From assembly GCA_016181265.1 (NCBI GenBank), contig JACOZP010000011.1, forward strand, positions 6,127 to 70,126: a DNA stretch of 64,000 nt, in the 5' to 3' direction. Every line of letters begins with the position of its first letter. Within the stretch, counting starts at the first letter, position 1. The position numbers were made by a program, and so were the translations under genes. The stretch is from Candidatus Woesearchaeota archaeon. Its GTDB lineage: Archaea > Nanobdellota > Nanobdellia > Woesearchaeales > GW2011-AR9. Shown piece by piece: positions 27,236-37,060 of the stretch. The notes beneath the pieces are model-generated. The model ran no database searches, was not told where the DNA came from, and saw nothing but the letters and a program-made list of their open reading frames with translations.

Positions 27236-27721
27236 ATGAAATCAGAAATCCTGGGGATTCAAGCTCCCCCCAAAGATTGTACCGACAAGAAATGCCCATT
27301 CCACGGGGATCTTACTGTAAAGAAAGAACTCTTCAAGGGAAAAATCGTCAAGAAAGATGTTAGCCGTTCAGCAACGATCGAGTGGTTTAAACCCCTTTTC
27401 GTTCCTAAATATGAACGTTATGAGGTTCGCCGTTATCGGTTGCGGACTCACAACCCAAGCTGTATCAGTGCTCAGGTAGGTGATGAAGTTCTTGTTGCTA
27501 AAACAAGGCCATTGAGCAAGACAAAACATAATGTTATCATTCAGGTTAGCAAAAGTGCATCCTCTTCAAATCAACTTTCCTTTGCTCAATCTTCAGAAGG
27601 AAACCTTAAACGCAACGTCGATGCTGCTCATACAGCAAAGAAATCTAACAAAGCGACAAAAAACAGATCGGATGTTGGAACTAAAACTGAGAAAACAGGG
27701 ATGACCCATGAAAGGAGTTAA
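27236..27721 (+). CDS. rps17: 30S ribosomal protein uS17 with a C-terminal extension
   Basis: CTDKKCPFHGDLTVKKELFKGKIVKKDVSRSATIEW. The track ORF starts at a GTG at 27227. Confidence 0.9.
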   Translation: MKSEILGIQAPPKDCTDKKCPFHGDLTVKKELFKGKIVKKDVSRSATIEWFKPLFVPKYERYEVRRYRLRTHNPSCISAQVGDEVLVAKTRPLSKTKHNVIIQVSKSASSSNQLSFAQSSEGNLKRNVDAAHTAKKSNKATKNRSDVGTKTEKTGMTHERS

Positions 27722-28109
27722 AAGTCGTATCACCCGGGCTTTGCCATCGCAAGCTTTTGTACCAACCTGTGATAATTCAGGTGCAAAGGTAATCAAGATT
27801 GTTTCAGTTATTGGTCATAAGACAGTACGTGGCCGTATCCAAGCAGCAGGAATTGGCGATCTTATCTTGGCTTCCGTCAAGAAAGGAAAATTAGAAATGA
27901 GAAAGACTGTCGTTCCCGCGATCATTGTCCGGCAAAAGAAAGAGTTCCGTCGTCCAGATGGTACAAGAGTCGCGTTTGAAGACAATGCTGCCGTTGTCCT
28001 TAAAGATATGAAAGGGAACCCTAAGGGAACCATCTTTAAAGGTCCAATCGCCAAAGAGGTTGCAGAACGTTGGCCGGCAGTCGCGAAAGTTGCGAGCATG
28101 ATTGTCTAA
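27708..28109 (+). CDS. rpl14: 50S ribosomal protein uL14
   Basis: CDNSGAKVIKIVSV...AIIVRQKKEFRRPDGTRVAFEDNAAVVL. Confidence 0.95.
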   Translation: MKGVKSRITRALPSQAFVPTCDNSGAKVIKIVSVIGHKTVRGRIQAAGIGDLILASVKKGKLEMRKTVVPAIIVRQKKEFRRPDGTRVAFEDNAAVVLKDMKGNPKGTIFKGPIAKEVAERWPAVAKVASMIV

Positions 28110-28200
28110 CTTATGAAAGACAGCCACCATTACAAGATTAAAATCACCAAACAAACATCACCAAACAAACAAAAAAAACGGAGACAAATCATCATCAACC

Positions 28201-28659
28201 ATGACACAACGAACAAAATTTACCGTCAGTTGGAGAAGAAGTACACAAGTCCGTAAACAACGGAAGTATGTTCATCGTGCTCCCCTCCATCTTAAACAAA
28301 AGATGATGCATACTCATGTTGCTAAACCATTGCGAGAAAAATATGGGGTGCGGGCTATTCAACTGCGTAAAGGAGATACTGTAAAAGTCGTCCGTGGCGA
28401 GTTCCGAGGCAAGGAAGGAAAAGTAGAGCGTATCACATTAAAGACGGGTCGAGTTTACGTTGCCAGCATGGATAGAGTCAAAGCTGATGGTTCAAAAGTG
28501 CCTGTTATCTTCCATCCTTCCAATCTTATGATCGTAGAATTCGATCTAAGCGACAAAAGAAGAAAAGCAAAATTAACGAGTAAAAACACACTCAAAACTC
28601 CTGATAAAAATAAGGAAGAGACACATAAGAATAAAGCAGCTGTGAAGAACACGGTATAA
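28201..28659 (+). CDS. rpl24: 50S ribosomal protein uL24
   Basis: KOW motif LRKGDTVKVVRGEFRGKEGKVERI. Confidence 0.92.
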   Translation: MTQRTKFTVSWRRSTQVRKQRKYVHRAPLHLKQKMMHTHVAKPLREKYGVRAIQLRKGDTVKVVRGEFRGKEGKVERITLKTGRVYVASMDRVKADGSKVPVIFHPSNLMIVEFDLSDKRRKAKLTSKNTLKTPDKNKEETHKNKAAVKNTV

Positions 28660-28688
28660 CTATATGGATCAATGAGGTCATACAGAGA

Positions 28689-29399
28689 ATGAAAAATCAT
28701 CTGAAAAGGGTAACTACCCCCAAAACTTGGACTTTATCACGTCGAGGAAAAGTATTTACTACTTGCCCTCATCCTAGTGGACATCCTCGAAGTCAAGGAA
28801 TGCCCCTTGGTGTGTTGATCCGCGACGTCTTACACTTAGCACTAACTATGTCCGAGGTCAAGAAAGTACTGAATAATAAAGAAGTCCTCGTCGATGGTAA
28901 ACGAAGAAAAGACCATCGATTCCTTGTCGGCTTATTTGACGTGTTATCTTTTCCAGCATTAGGAAAGCAATATCGTCTAGTACTAGACGAAAATGGACAT
29001 CTTGCTTTAGTAACAATAAAAGCAGATGAGGCGAAATTCAAGCTAGGGAAAGTAGTTGGTAAAAATATGATTAAAAAAGGTCTGATCCAATATCATCTTC
29101 ATGATGGGCGGAATCTAACGTCTGATCAAGTCTCTGCAGTGGGAGATTCACTCCTTATCACTGTCCCTGAACAGAAAATTCAGAAAATCTTTCCTCTTCA
29201 GAAAGGAATGACCATCCTCCTTGATGCCGGTAAACATGCCGGGAAATTAGGTTCATTAAAAAATCTCGTCGGCTATGAGAGTACGTATGCTACTGCTGAT
29301 GGCGATGTCGAGACGGTGACAAAGTATATCTTTGTCGTCGGCGACAAAGAACCAGCGTTGACTGTCTCCGCAGCAGTCCATGACAAAAAAAGCAATTGA
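28689..29399 (+). CDS. rps4e: 30S ribosomal protein eS4
   Basis: MKNHLKRVTTPKTW...HPSGHPRSQGMPLGVLIRDVL. Confidence 0.93.
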   Translation: MKNHLKRVTTPKTWTLSRRGKVFTTCPHPSGHPRSQGMPLGVLIRDVLHLALTMSEVKKVLNNKEVLVDGKRRKDHRFLVGLFDVLSFPALGKQYRLVLDENGHLALVTIKADEAKFKLGKVVGKNMIKKGLIQYHLHDGRNLTSDQVSAVGDSLLITVPEQKIQKIFPLQKGMTILLDAGKHAGKLGSLKNLVGYESTYATADGDVETVTKYIFVVGDKEPALTVSAAVHDKKSN

Positions 29400-29442
29400 A
29401 AATAACTCATACAACAATAATTGAAACCAATCGTGATTACCC

Positions 29443-29961
29443 ATGACACAAAAACAAACAAATCCCATGAGAGAAGTGCGTGTTGCAAAAGTCACTCTTA
29501 ACATTGGGGCAGGAAAGAATGAGGATGTCCTCAAGAAAGGGCTGAAACTCTTACAGAAGATCACCCCTCTTAAACCGGTAAAGACAGCAACTAAGAAAAG
29601 GATCCCTGGTTGGTCTCTTCGTCCTGGTTTAGAGATCGGTGCTAAAGTGACGGCGCGTGCAGATGCAGTAGCTCTACTAAAGCGGTTGCTCGTGGCTAAA
29701 GAGAATATCCTCAAGTCTGGTAACTTTGATGATCGCGGGAATTTCGCATTTGGTATTCCCGAATATATAGAAATTGAAGGCTTGGACTACGATCCTGAGC
29801 TGAAAATAATGGGATTGGAAGTTGCGGTGACTCTTGAGCGTCCTGGTTATCGGGTTAAGCACAGAAGAGTAAAGCAAAGAAAAGTTGGAAAAAATCACCA
29901 AGTGACTCGTGATGAAGCAATTGATTTTGTCCGAGAAAAATTTGGAGTAGAGGTACAATAA
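29443..29961 (+). CDS. rpl5: 50S ribosomal protein uL5
   Basis: MREVRVAKVTLNIGAG...FAFGIPEYIEIEGLDYDP. Confidence 0.93.
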   Translation: MTQKQTNPMREVRVAKVTLNIGAGKNEDVLKKGLKLLQKITPLKPVKTATKKRIPGWSLRPGLEIGAKVTARADAVALLKRLLVAKENILKSGNFDDRGNFAFGIPEYIEIEGLDYDPELKIMGLEVAVTLERPGYRVKHRRVKQRKVGKNHQVTRDEAIDFVREKFGVEVQ

Positions 29962-30060
29962 GAAGGGATGGAAGATCTAATCTGATCCATAATCTCATTC
30001 AGATAAAAAATACGATACAAAATCATTATCCACAAAAATAGCGAGGAAAAATAATTTACC

Positions 30061-30291
30061 ATGACAACCAGCGATTGGCGGAAGATGTTCACTCAGTTGA
30101 ACGCAAAGCCGGTAAAAAAAGCAAAGTACACTAAACATAACGAGCCTAGTGAACGCTCTTGTGGTGTTGCATTACGCAAATGCAAAAACTGTGGAAGAAA
30201 CGGCGGCCATATCAATAAGTATGGATTGCATCTATGTCGTCATTGCTTCCGAGAGATGGCGCTAAGTCTAGGTTTCAAAAAATATAGTTAA
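30061..30291 (+). CDS. rps14: 30S ribosomal protein uS14 (zinc type)
   Basis: [25 protein letters not shown]. The start could be the internal ATG at 30085. Confidence 0.88.
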   Translation: MTTSDWRKMFTQLNAKPVKKAKYTKHNEPSERSCGVALRKCKNCGRNGGHINKYGLHLCRHCFREMALSLGFKKYS

Positions 30292-30318
30292 GCGGAGAGA
30301 AGTGAGGATTGACAAAAA

Positions 30319-30708
30319 ATGTTAAATGACCCATTGGCAGCGGCCTTAGCAAAAATCATGAACGCAGAAAAGGTAGGGAAGCGTGAAGTAGTCATCAGAC
30401 CAGCATCAAAAATGGTCAAGATGATTTTGCAGCTGATGAATGAACGCAATTACCTGGGAACGTTTGAGGAAGTTGATGATGGCAAAGGCGGATTCCTGAA
30501 AGTCAATCTTTTAGGAAATATCAATCAATGTGGCGTCATCAAACCACGCTTCTCCACGAAATTTAGAGATGTAGAAAAATGGGAAAAACGATATCTCCCT
30601 GCGAAAGATTTCGGAGTTATCTTTATCACGACTCCTAAAGGGATCACTACTCACCTTGAAGCAAAAGACAAACAAACTGGAGGCCGATTACTTGCGTACG
30701 TCTACTAA
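30319..30708 (+). CDS. rps8: 30S ribosomal protein uS8
   Basis: MLNDPLAAALAKIMNAEKVGKREVVIRPASK...GGRLLAYVY. Confidence 0.93.
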   Translation: MLNDPLAAALAKIMNAEKVGKREVVIRPASKMVKMILQLMNERNYLGTFEEVDDGKGGFLKVNLLGNINQCGVIKPRFSTKFRDVEKWEKRYLPAKDFGVIFITTPKGITTHLEAKDKQTGGRLLAYVY

Positions 30709-30732
30709 TTACGCACTCCTTACATTAATACC

Positions 30733-31275
30733 ATGAAAGCAGACATCGTTCGGGAAGTTGTACTTGAAAAAGGAGTTTCCGCAAAGTTAAATGGAAAGAT
30801 CCTTACCATCAAAGGACCAAAAGGAGAAGTTTCCCGTGAATTCCGCAGCCCTTCTATCACCCTTGCTGTAACCGGAGATAAAATAACTTTACATGTTAGC
30901 AAAGGAACAAAGCGAGAGAAGACAATGATCGGAACGTTTGAGTCACATATCTCCAACATCGTTAAAGGAGTTCAGGAACCACATGTATATACTCTTAAAA
31001 TCTGTTCAGGCCACTTTCCGATGAATGTGGCGATCGTCGGTAAAGAGTTTGTAGTAAAGAACTTCCTGGGAGAAGCAGTTCCACGAAAAGCAGAAATGAT
31101 TCCCGGTGTGGACGTTAAAATTACCGGCAATGACATCACTCTCTCTAGCCCTGATAAAGAGTTAGCAGGGATGATGGCTTCACGAATTGAAAATCTTTGT
31201 CGGATCACTGATCGTGACCGTCGGATATTTCAAGATGGGTGTTATATCACCCAAAAAGCTGGAAAAACAATTTAG
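30733..31275 (+). CDS. rpl6: 50S ribosomal protein uL6
   Basis: LTIKGPKGEVSREF...CSGHFPMNVAIVGKEFVVKNFLGE. Confidence 0.92.
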   Translation: MKADIVREVVLEKGVSAKLNGKILTIKGPKGEVSREFRSPSITLAVTGDKITLHVSKGTKREKTMIGTFESHISNIVKGVQEPHVYTLKICSGHFPMNVAIVGKEFVVKNFLGEAVPRKAEMIPGVDVKITGNDITLSSPDKELAGMMASRIENLCRITDRDRRIFQDGCYITQKAGKTI

Positions 31276-31286
31276 ATGAGAATAAC

Positions 31287-31925
31287 ATGACAAGCACGAC
31301 ATTATTACACGTTAGGAGAACTGCAAAGAGACGGAAGCCCGCTTTTGTAGTCAAAGAATCACACTTCCTGGGAAGAGTCAAGAAGCGATGGAGACTTCCC
31401 CGAGGGTTACATTCTGCTCCTCGTCAGCGTTATCGTGGCCGGCCGGCACAGCCCCATCCAGGATACGGATCTCCTAAAGCAGTTCGTGGCCTTTCACGAG
31501 AAGGGTTAGTCCCGGTTGTGATCCATGCCGTGAAAGATATCTTGACGTTAAAGCCAGGGATGCATGGTGCAATTATCGGCCGTGATGTTGGCAGCAGAAA
31601 GAAATTATCATTGTTAGCTCTCGCTCAGGAGAAGAAGATTACTATCTTACAGGTTAAAGATGTAACCGCGCTAACTAACAAGATTAAAGATGCAGTAACA
31701 CAGCGTCAGAAAGATCGACGAAATCGAAAACAAGTGAAATCAAAGAAACAGGCTGAACACCGTAAGAAGTCTGAAGAAAAAAGTAAGAAGAAAGCGAAAG
31801 GGGATTCTGCAGCTACAGAATCTACTACTGAAAAAGGGATAGATGGAGTGGTTGACGGAGTCCCAATTACTGAAAAAGAAGAAGAGCGAAAAATCGCAGA
31901 AAAAACAATCACTAAACGACAATAA
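31287..31925 (+). CDS. rpl32e: 50S ribosomal protein eL32 with a roughly 80-aa K/E-rich tail
   Basis: Trimmed to the ATG at 31287. KPAFVVKESHFLGRVKKRWRLPRGLHSAPR. Confidence 0.9.
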   Translation: MTSTTLLHVRRTAKRRKPAFVVKESHFLGRVKKRWRLPRGLHSAPRQRYRGRPAQPHPGYGSPKAVRGLSREGLVPVVIHAVKDILTLKPGMHGAIIGRDVGSRKKLSLLALAQEKKITILQVKDVTALTNKIKDAVTQRQKDRRNRKQVKSKKQAEHRKKSEEKSKKKAKGDSAATESTTEKGIDGVVDGVPITEKEEERKIAEKTITKRQ

Positions 31926-31961
31926 AATCACTAAACGATAATAAACAATGGGGAAAATCTC

Positions 31962-32408
31962 ATGAACACAAAGAAAAGACTAGCAGCGAAGATCCTTAAA
32001 ACATCGCCTGGAAAAGTGCGCTTCGCAGATGGATCTCTTGAGGAGATCAGCAAAGCAATCACCCGATCAGATGTGCGGGGTCTCATTGCTGTCGGTAAAA
32101 TCAACAAGATTACTCCTAATGAACAGTCTAGAGTACGAGCACGTGAGAATGCTGCTCAAAAGAGCAAAGGTAGACGGAAAGGGAAAGGGAGCAAGAAAGG
32201 CCGGAAATTCGCGACGATCAGCCGCAAAGAACAATGGATGACCAGAATCAGGTTGCAACGTCTCTTCCTCAAAGAATTAAAAGAAAGTGGTTTACTCTCT
32301 CCATCTACTTATCGCGCACTTTATGCTAAGAGTAAGGGGGGATACTTCCGTAACAAACGTCACATCAAATTGTACCTTACAGAGCAGAATCTCTTCCAGA
32401 AGAAGTGA
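31962..32408 (+). CDS. rpl19e: 50S ribosomal protein eL19
   Basis: KKRLAAKILKTSPGKVRF...RKGKGSKKGRK. Confidence 0.92.
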   Translation: MNTKKRLAAKILKTSPGKVRFADGSLEEISKAITRSDVRGLIAVGKINKITPNEQSRVRARENAAQKSKGRRKGKGSKKGRKFATISRKEQWMTRIRLQRLFLKELKESGLLSPSTYRALYAKSKGGYFRNKRHIKLYLTEQNLFQKK

Positions 32409-32504
32409 TCAATAAGAGAGAAAATCAAACTAATATAACTAATATATGACTAATATGATATAACAACATTCAAAAACCAATTCAAAAACGGATTACTTAA
32501 AACC

Positions 32505-33080
32505 ATGAAACCAGCAAGACCAAAAACAGTGCAGTACCGTCGAAGAAGAACATTGAAAACTAATTATAGTAAGCGTCTTAACCTTCTTCTTTCGGGAAAA
32601 CCACGATTGATTGTTCGCTCCACTAATACTCAAATCCTCGCTCAAGTAGCAACATTCTCTCCACAAGGAGATGTCATCGCTGCGGCTGTAGCGGGAAAAG
32701 ACTTGCGTCAATTAGGGTGGAATTATTCCTGTAAAAATATGCCTGCTGCGTATCTTACTGGTCTTTTGATTGGAAAAAAAGCAATGAAAAAAGGTGTTAA
32801 TGAATGTATCTTAGACACCGGTAATGTAACTCCTCTTCATAAGAGCCGCTTGTACGCTTTCCTTAAAGGGGTTGTTGATGCTGGTCTTGATATTCCTCAT
32901 AACGATGAGAAAGAGATCTTTCCTTCAGATGAGAGGATCAGTGGAAAACATATCGTTGCTTTTGCACAATTACCGCAAGGTAAGTCCGGATTACAGCATG
33001 CGCAATATTTAAAAAGCAAGGCTCTCCCTGAGAAGATTACCGAACAATTCCTGCTTATCAAGAAAAAAATAAATGGATGA
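32505..33080 (+). CDS. rpl18: 50S ribosomal protein uL18
   Basis: RRRRTLKTNYSKRLNLLLSGKPRLIVRSTNTQILAQV. Confidence 0.92.
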   Translation: MKPARPKTVQYRRRRTLKTNYSKRLNLLLSGKPRLIVRSTNTQILAQVATFSPQGDVIAAAVAGKDLRQLGWNYSCKNMPAAYLTGLLIGKKAMKKGVNECILDTGNVTPLHKSRLYAFLKGVVDAGLDIPHNDEKEIFPSDERISGKHIVAFAQLPQGKSGLQHAQYLKSKALPEKITEQFLLIKKKING

Positions 33081-33909
33081 ACTGAGAAATACTATGGCAC
33101 CTGCTAAAAAAGTAAAACGATCGGAAGAAGAACCAACTGTTGTTGAACCAGTGGAAGAGAAAAGTGCAGAAGTCTCTAAAGAGATTGAAGAAGTTCCTCG
33201 CCTTAATGCAGATTGGAAACCGATCACTTCTCTGGGCAGACAAGTGAAAGATGGTAAAATTACCGATATTGATCAGATCTTTGATTCAGGTTCTCCTATC
33301 CTTGAAGCACAGATCGTTGATCATCTCGTCCATAATCTAGAAGAAGATCTCTTATTAATTGGTCAGGCAAAAGGGAAGTTCGGTGGCGGCCAGCGTCGTA
33401 TCTTCCGTCAAACACAGAAAAAGACCAAAGAAGGAAACAAAATCAAATTTACTACTGTTGCCGTCGTAGGCAATCGTGATGGATATGTGGGTGTTGGTAT
33501 CGGGAAAAGTGGAGAAACAGTCCCCTCACGAGATAAAGCGAAACGTTCGGCGCGTCTTAATCTCATCCGAGTCCGTCGTGGTAGCGGCACGTGGGAGTCA
33601 ACATCTCGTGTTCCTACTTCCATTCCCTTTGCAGTTACCGGACGTTGCGGCTCTGTTCGGATTACTCTCATGCCTGCTCCTAAAGGAAAAGGTCTTTGCG
33701 TCGAAAAAGAATGTGCTAAGATTTTGTCTCTTGCTGGAGTGAAAGATATCTGGAGTAAGACAGAAGGGCAGACAAAGACGAAATTAAACTTGATTTATGC
33801 ACTGCTTGACGCACTTCAGAAGTTATCAGAAGTGAAGATTCAACCGGGAGATATCCCTAAATTGGGGATTGTGGAAGGTTCATTGCGTAAACAAGCGATG
33901 GAACAATAG
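33073..33909 (+). CDS. rps5: 30S ribosomal protein uS5
   Basis: GGQRRIFRQTQKKTKEGNKIKFTTVAVVGNRDGYVGVGIGKS, preceded by an N-terminal K/E extension. Confidence 0.93.
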   Translation: MDELRNTMAPAKKVKRSEEEPTVVEPVEEKSAEVSKEIEEVPRLNADWKPITSLGRQVKDGKITDIDQIFDSGSPILEAQIVDHLVHNLEEDLLLIGQAKGKFGGGQRRIFRQTQKKTKEGNKIKFTTVAVVGNRDGYVGVGIGKSGETVPSRDKAKRSARLNLIRVRRGSGTWESTSRVPTSIPFAVTGRCGSVRITLMPAPKGKGLCVEKECAKILSLAGVKDIWSKTEGQTKTKLNLIYALLDALQKLSEVKIQPGDIPKLGIVEGSLRKQAMEQ

Positions 33910-34018
33910 TCAGGAAGTAATAAAAAATAAGACAAACAACAAAGACATTACCATAAAGATTAGCTAAAATTAACTAAAAAATAAAAACAAATATTACGGA
34001 GATTAACACAATAAGAAC

Positions 34019-34516
34019 ATGGCAACATCACCATCATCCTCAATGAATGTTAAGAAAGCTTCTTCTGTTAAAGCAAGCGTCTCTCATCAAGGGCCTAAGC
34101 TGGCAGTAGTTCTTGTTCGAGGACTAATCGATATGAATCAACCATTAAAAGATGCGTTGCGTGTCCTTCGTCTTCATCGTAAAAATCATTGTGTCATTGT
34201 GGCTGATAACCCGGTCTCTCGGGGAATGCTCAACAAAGTAAAAGATTATGTTACGTGGGGGGAGATCTCATCAGAGACATACACCGAACTTGTCGAAAGA
34301 CGTGGGAAAGAGTTTAAAGCAAGACAGACTGATGGGAAGAAAAAATATTCCTATGCTACCATCGAATTTAAAGGTAAAAAATACAAACCATATTTCGCGT
34401 TGAATCCTCCATTAAAAGGGTTTGGAAGAAAAGGGATCAAGGTTGCGTTCCGTGCCGGCGGCGCATTAGGTAATCGCGGCGAAAAAATGAATGATCTCAT
34501 CAAAAGGATGATGTGA
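34019..34516 (+). CDS. rpl30: 50S ribosomal protein uL30
   Basis: LAVVLVRGLIDMNQPLKDALRVLRLHRKNHCVIV. Confidence 0.9.
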   Translation: MATSPSSSMNVKKASSVKASVSHQGPKLAVVLVRGLIDMNQPLKDALRVLRLHRKNHCVIVADNPVSRGMLNKVKDYVTWGEISSETYTELVERRGKEFKARQTDGKKKYSYATIEFKGKKYKPYFALNPPLKGFGRKGIKVAFRAGGALGNRGEKMNDLIKRMM

Positions 34517-34587
34517 AACTATATACTCACTAATATTCATTAAGATCATTAAGACAAAAAGAGATTCGGAGATACAAAACACTTACA

Positions 34588-35037
34588 ATGGTCGTCTACA
34601 AAAGAAAAAAAGTGAACAGATATCGTGGTCACAGTAATCATGGCGGTGGCGCTCGTAAGAAACGTCGGGGTGCAGGAAGCCGGGGCGGTCGGGGAATGGC
34701 AGGCACAGGGAAACGTGCAGGTCAGAAAAAGGCGGGGATGCCTTTAGTCCTTGGGAAGCATGGGTTCAGACCGTTGCGAACAGTTTCAGTGGAAAGAATA
34801 ATCTCTGTTGGTTATTTCACTTCTGAGAAAGTGAACCGATTGTTGAGCGAAGGAAAAGCTGTGAAAGAAGGTCAGTTTGTCTCTCTTGATTTAGGAAAAT
34901 TGGGGTATACCAAGTTACTAGGAACAGGTAAGACAACCCAAAAGCTTAAAATTACTGTTGCTTCTTGTAGTAAAAGTGCCGTAGAAAAGATAAAAGCAGC
35001 AGGCGGCGATGTGGTTGCAGAGAATCCAGCGGCGTAG
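34588..35037 (+). CDS. rpl15: 50S ribosomal protein uL15
   Basis: RGHSNHGGGARKKRRGAGSRGGRGMAGTGKR. Confidence 0.92.
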   Translation: MVVYKRKKVNRYRGHSNHGGGARKKRRGAGSRGGRGMAGTGKRAGQKKAGMPLVLGKHGFRPLRTVSVERIISVGYFTSEKVNRLLSEGKAVKEGQFVSLDLGKLGYTKLLGTGKTTQKLKITVASCSKSAVEKIKAAGGDVVAENPAA

Positions 35038-35138
35038 AAAGCACAAAACATAGCTATTACAAAATGGCTATTACAACGATTACAAAGTCTCATTGGCAGC
35101 AGTAGAAAACTGTGTGTTCTGTGAGTACCTATTTCACC

Positions 35139-36527
35139 ATGGCATTACTGGAAAAATTAATCTCTTATCTTCCGGAAGTACGGGGACCACAACAAAAGAA
35201 GCTTCCTTTTAATGAAAAGCTGAAGTGGACATTTATTATTCTGGTCATATTCTATATTCTTGGTTTGATTCCTTTGTATGGTCTCGGTGAGAACTCACTC
35301 CAACAGTTTGAGTTCTTATCTATCATCTTAGGAGCTTCTTTTGGGAGCGTAATCTCTTTAGGAATTGGTCCACTGGTTACTGCTTCTATCGTCTTACAAT
35401 TGTTGACCGGTACGGGCATTTTGAAATTAGACTTAGCGTCTCCGGAAGGAAGAAAGAAATTTCAGGGTCTTCAGAAGATCTCAGGTGTATTTTTTATCAT
35501 TTTAGAAGGCGCTATCTATGTCTTGATGGGGGGCCTTGCTCCTTCTGCGTCTCTCGTTGGGACACCACTCTTTCACCAACTCCAAATCTTATTGATTTTC
35601 CAGCTTATTGTCGGTGGCCTGCTGATTATGTTAATGGATCAAGTTATTTCAAAATGGGGTTTTGGTTCGGGGATTTCCATGTTTATTGTAGCCGGTGTTG
35701 CGCAGCAGATATTTATCCGCGCATTTAACTTTCTACCTTCTCCGACGAATCCAGATATTGCTGCCGGTGCTATCCCTGCAATCTTTCAATCTATTTCACA
35801 GGGTGATCTTACAACGATGGCGTTGGAATTGGGTGCAATAATCTCCACTGTCTTAGTCTTTGCAATCTGTGTTTATGGACAAGCGATGAAAGTGGAAATA
35901 CCTCTTTCGTTTGGCAGAGTGAGAGGATACGGTATGCGCTGGCCTTTGAATTTCTTCTATACCTCTAATATTCCTGTCATCTTAGTTGCTGCTTTATTGG
36001 CTAACGTCCAGCTGTTTGCTCAGCTGCTCCAACGATGGGGACATCCTTTGTTAGGAACATTTAATGGGAGCACTCCCGTAAGTGGCCTTGTGTACTGGTT
36101 GAACCATCCTAATCTTGTCAATAGTGTCATCACAGGGAGTCTTACTTGGACACAAGTCGGGCAATCACTGGTTTACATCGCTATCATGATGGTCGGGTCG
36201 ATCATCTTTAGTATGTTCTGGATGCAGACGGCAGGAATGGATGCAAAAAGTCAAGCTCGCCAGATACTTAATTCAGGGCTGCAGATTCCGGGCTTCAGAC
36301 GAGATGAACGGGTATTAGAAAAAGTATTGAACCGATATATCTGGCCATTGACAATCGTTGGTGGTGCATCTATTGGATTGCTCGCAGCACTTGCTGACCT
36401 GACCGGTGCGTTATCACGGGGGACGGGGATTTTACTTGCGGTGATGATTGTCTATAAATTGTATGAAGAGATCGCCAAACAGCACATGATGGACATGCAT
36501 CCTGGATTAAAGAAATTCATGGAATAA
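35139..36527 (+). CDS. secY: preprotein translocase subunit SecY
   Basis: Ten-TM layout at the conserved position after rpl15. MALLEKLISYLPEV...KLKWTFIIL. The track ORF starts at a GTG at 35112. Confidence 0.93.
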   Translation: MALLEKLISYLPEVRGPQQKKLPFNEKLKWTFIILVIFYILGLIPLYGLGENSLQQFEFLSIILGASFGSVISLGIGPLVTASIVLQLLTGTGILKLDLASPEGRKKFQGLQKISGVFFIILEGAIYVLMGGLAPSASLVGTPLFHQLQILLIFQLIVGGLLIMLMDQVISKWGFGSGISMFIVAGVAQQIFIRAFNFLPSPTNPDIAAGAIPAIFQSISQGDLTTMALELGAIISTVLVFAICVYGQAMKVEIPLSFGRVRGYGMRWPLNFFYTSNIPVILVAALLANVQLFAQLLQRWGHPLLGTFNGSTPVSGLVYWLNHPNLVNSVITGSLTWTQVGQSLVYIAIMMVGSIIFSMFWMQTAGMDAKSQARQILNSGLQIPGFRRDERVLEKVLNRYIWPLTIVGGASIGLLAALADLTGALSRGTGILLAVMIVYKLYEEIAKQHMMDMHPGLKKFME

Positions 36528-36537
36528 GCATATTAAT

Positions 36538-37008
36538 CTAATCTTGATAACCCCTCTTTTCTTGTTCTTCTTCGATTATTTCGGTGAGTTCATCGATAAT
36601 ATCCTCAAGCACGTCTAATTGTTCGGACGCAAATTTGAATATTTTCTTTTTCCAGCGGAAAGCGGTGGTCAATTTTTTTCGTGCTGCTAGGGTTCCAGTA
36701 AGAGTTAATATTCTCTCCCAACTTTCGCTAATCTCATCAGAAAGGATTTCTAATTTTTCTTTCTGTTTGGAAAGGCTTTTTTCTTCAGTGATGATGATCT
36801 CTATTTCTATAAAGTAATGGATGATCTCTTCGTACAATGAAGTCCGTGCCCACGTCAAGAGTTTTGTCCTTTCTTTATAGTCCTTGACAAAATGAGGAAG
36901 CCGGTCGACGAGGTGTTCCCAGCCTGCTTCTGCTGCAGCTAGCTCTTTGTGGAGATATTTTAATGGCCGTTTTTTTCGACGGCGGCGGAAAAATCGGAAT
37001 AATCCCAT
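36538..37008 (-). CDS. hypothetical coiled-coil protein
   Basis: Trimmed to the ATG at 37008 (MGLFRFFRRRRKKRP...). Occupies the slot where adk normally sits, but on the opposite strand. Confidence 0.45.
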   Translation of the reverse strand: MGLFRFFRRRRKKRPLKYLHKELAAAEAGWEHLVDRLPHFVKDYKERTKLLTWARTSLYEEIIHYFIEIEIIITEEKSLSKQKEKLEILSDEISESWERILTLTGTLAARKKLTTAFRWKKKIFKFASEQLDVLEDIIDELTEIIEEEQEKRGYQD

Positions 37009-37029
37009 ACAGTGAGGAAAGACCAACAA

Positions 37030-37039
37030 ATTTATAAAT
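37030..37039. promoter_or_regulatory. palindromic TATA box shared by divergent genes
   Basis: ATTTATAAAT is its own reverse complement. Its centre is 26.5 nt from the ATG at 37008 (minus) and 26.5 nt from the ATG at 37061 (plus). Confidence 0.5.
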
Positions 37040-37060
37040 AATCTCTTCTGCGATGATTGT

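Noticed and set aside
28143-28170. An exact 14-nt tandem repeat (ATCACCAAACAAAC x2) in the rpl14-rpl24 spacer.
   Set aside because: It has only two copies in an A/C-rich spacer, with no pairing potential or motif. It is probably slippage.
21375-35093. About 25 antisense or alternative-frame ORFs of 60-155 aa inside the ribosomal-protein operon (for example 21691..22134, 22653..23120, 29256..29714, 33408..33671).
   Set aside because: Each lies entirely within a strongly supported r-protein gene and none has a recognisable motif. Their compositions (S/R/F-rich) are typical of off-frame translation.
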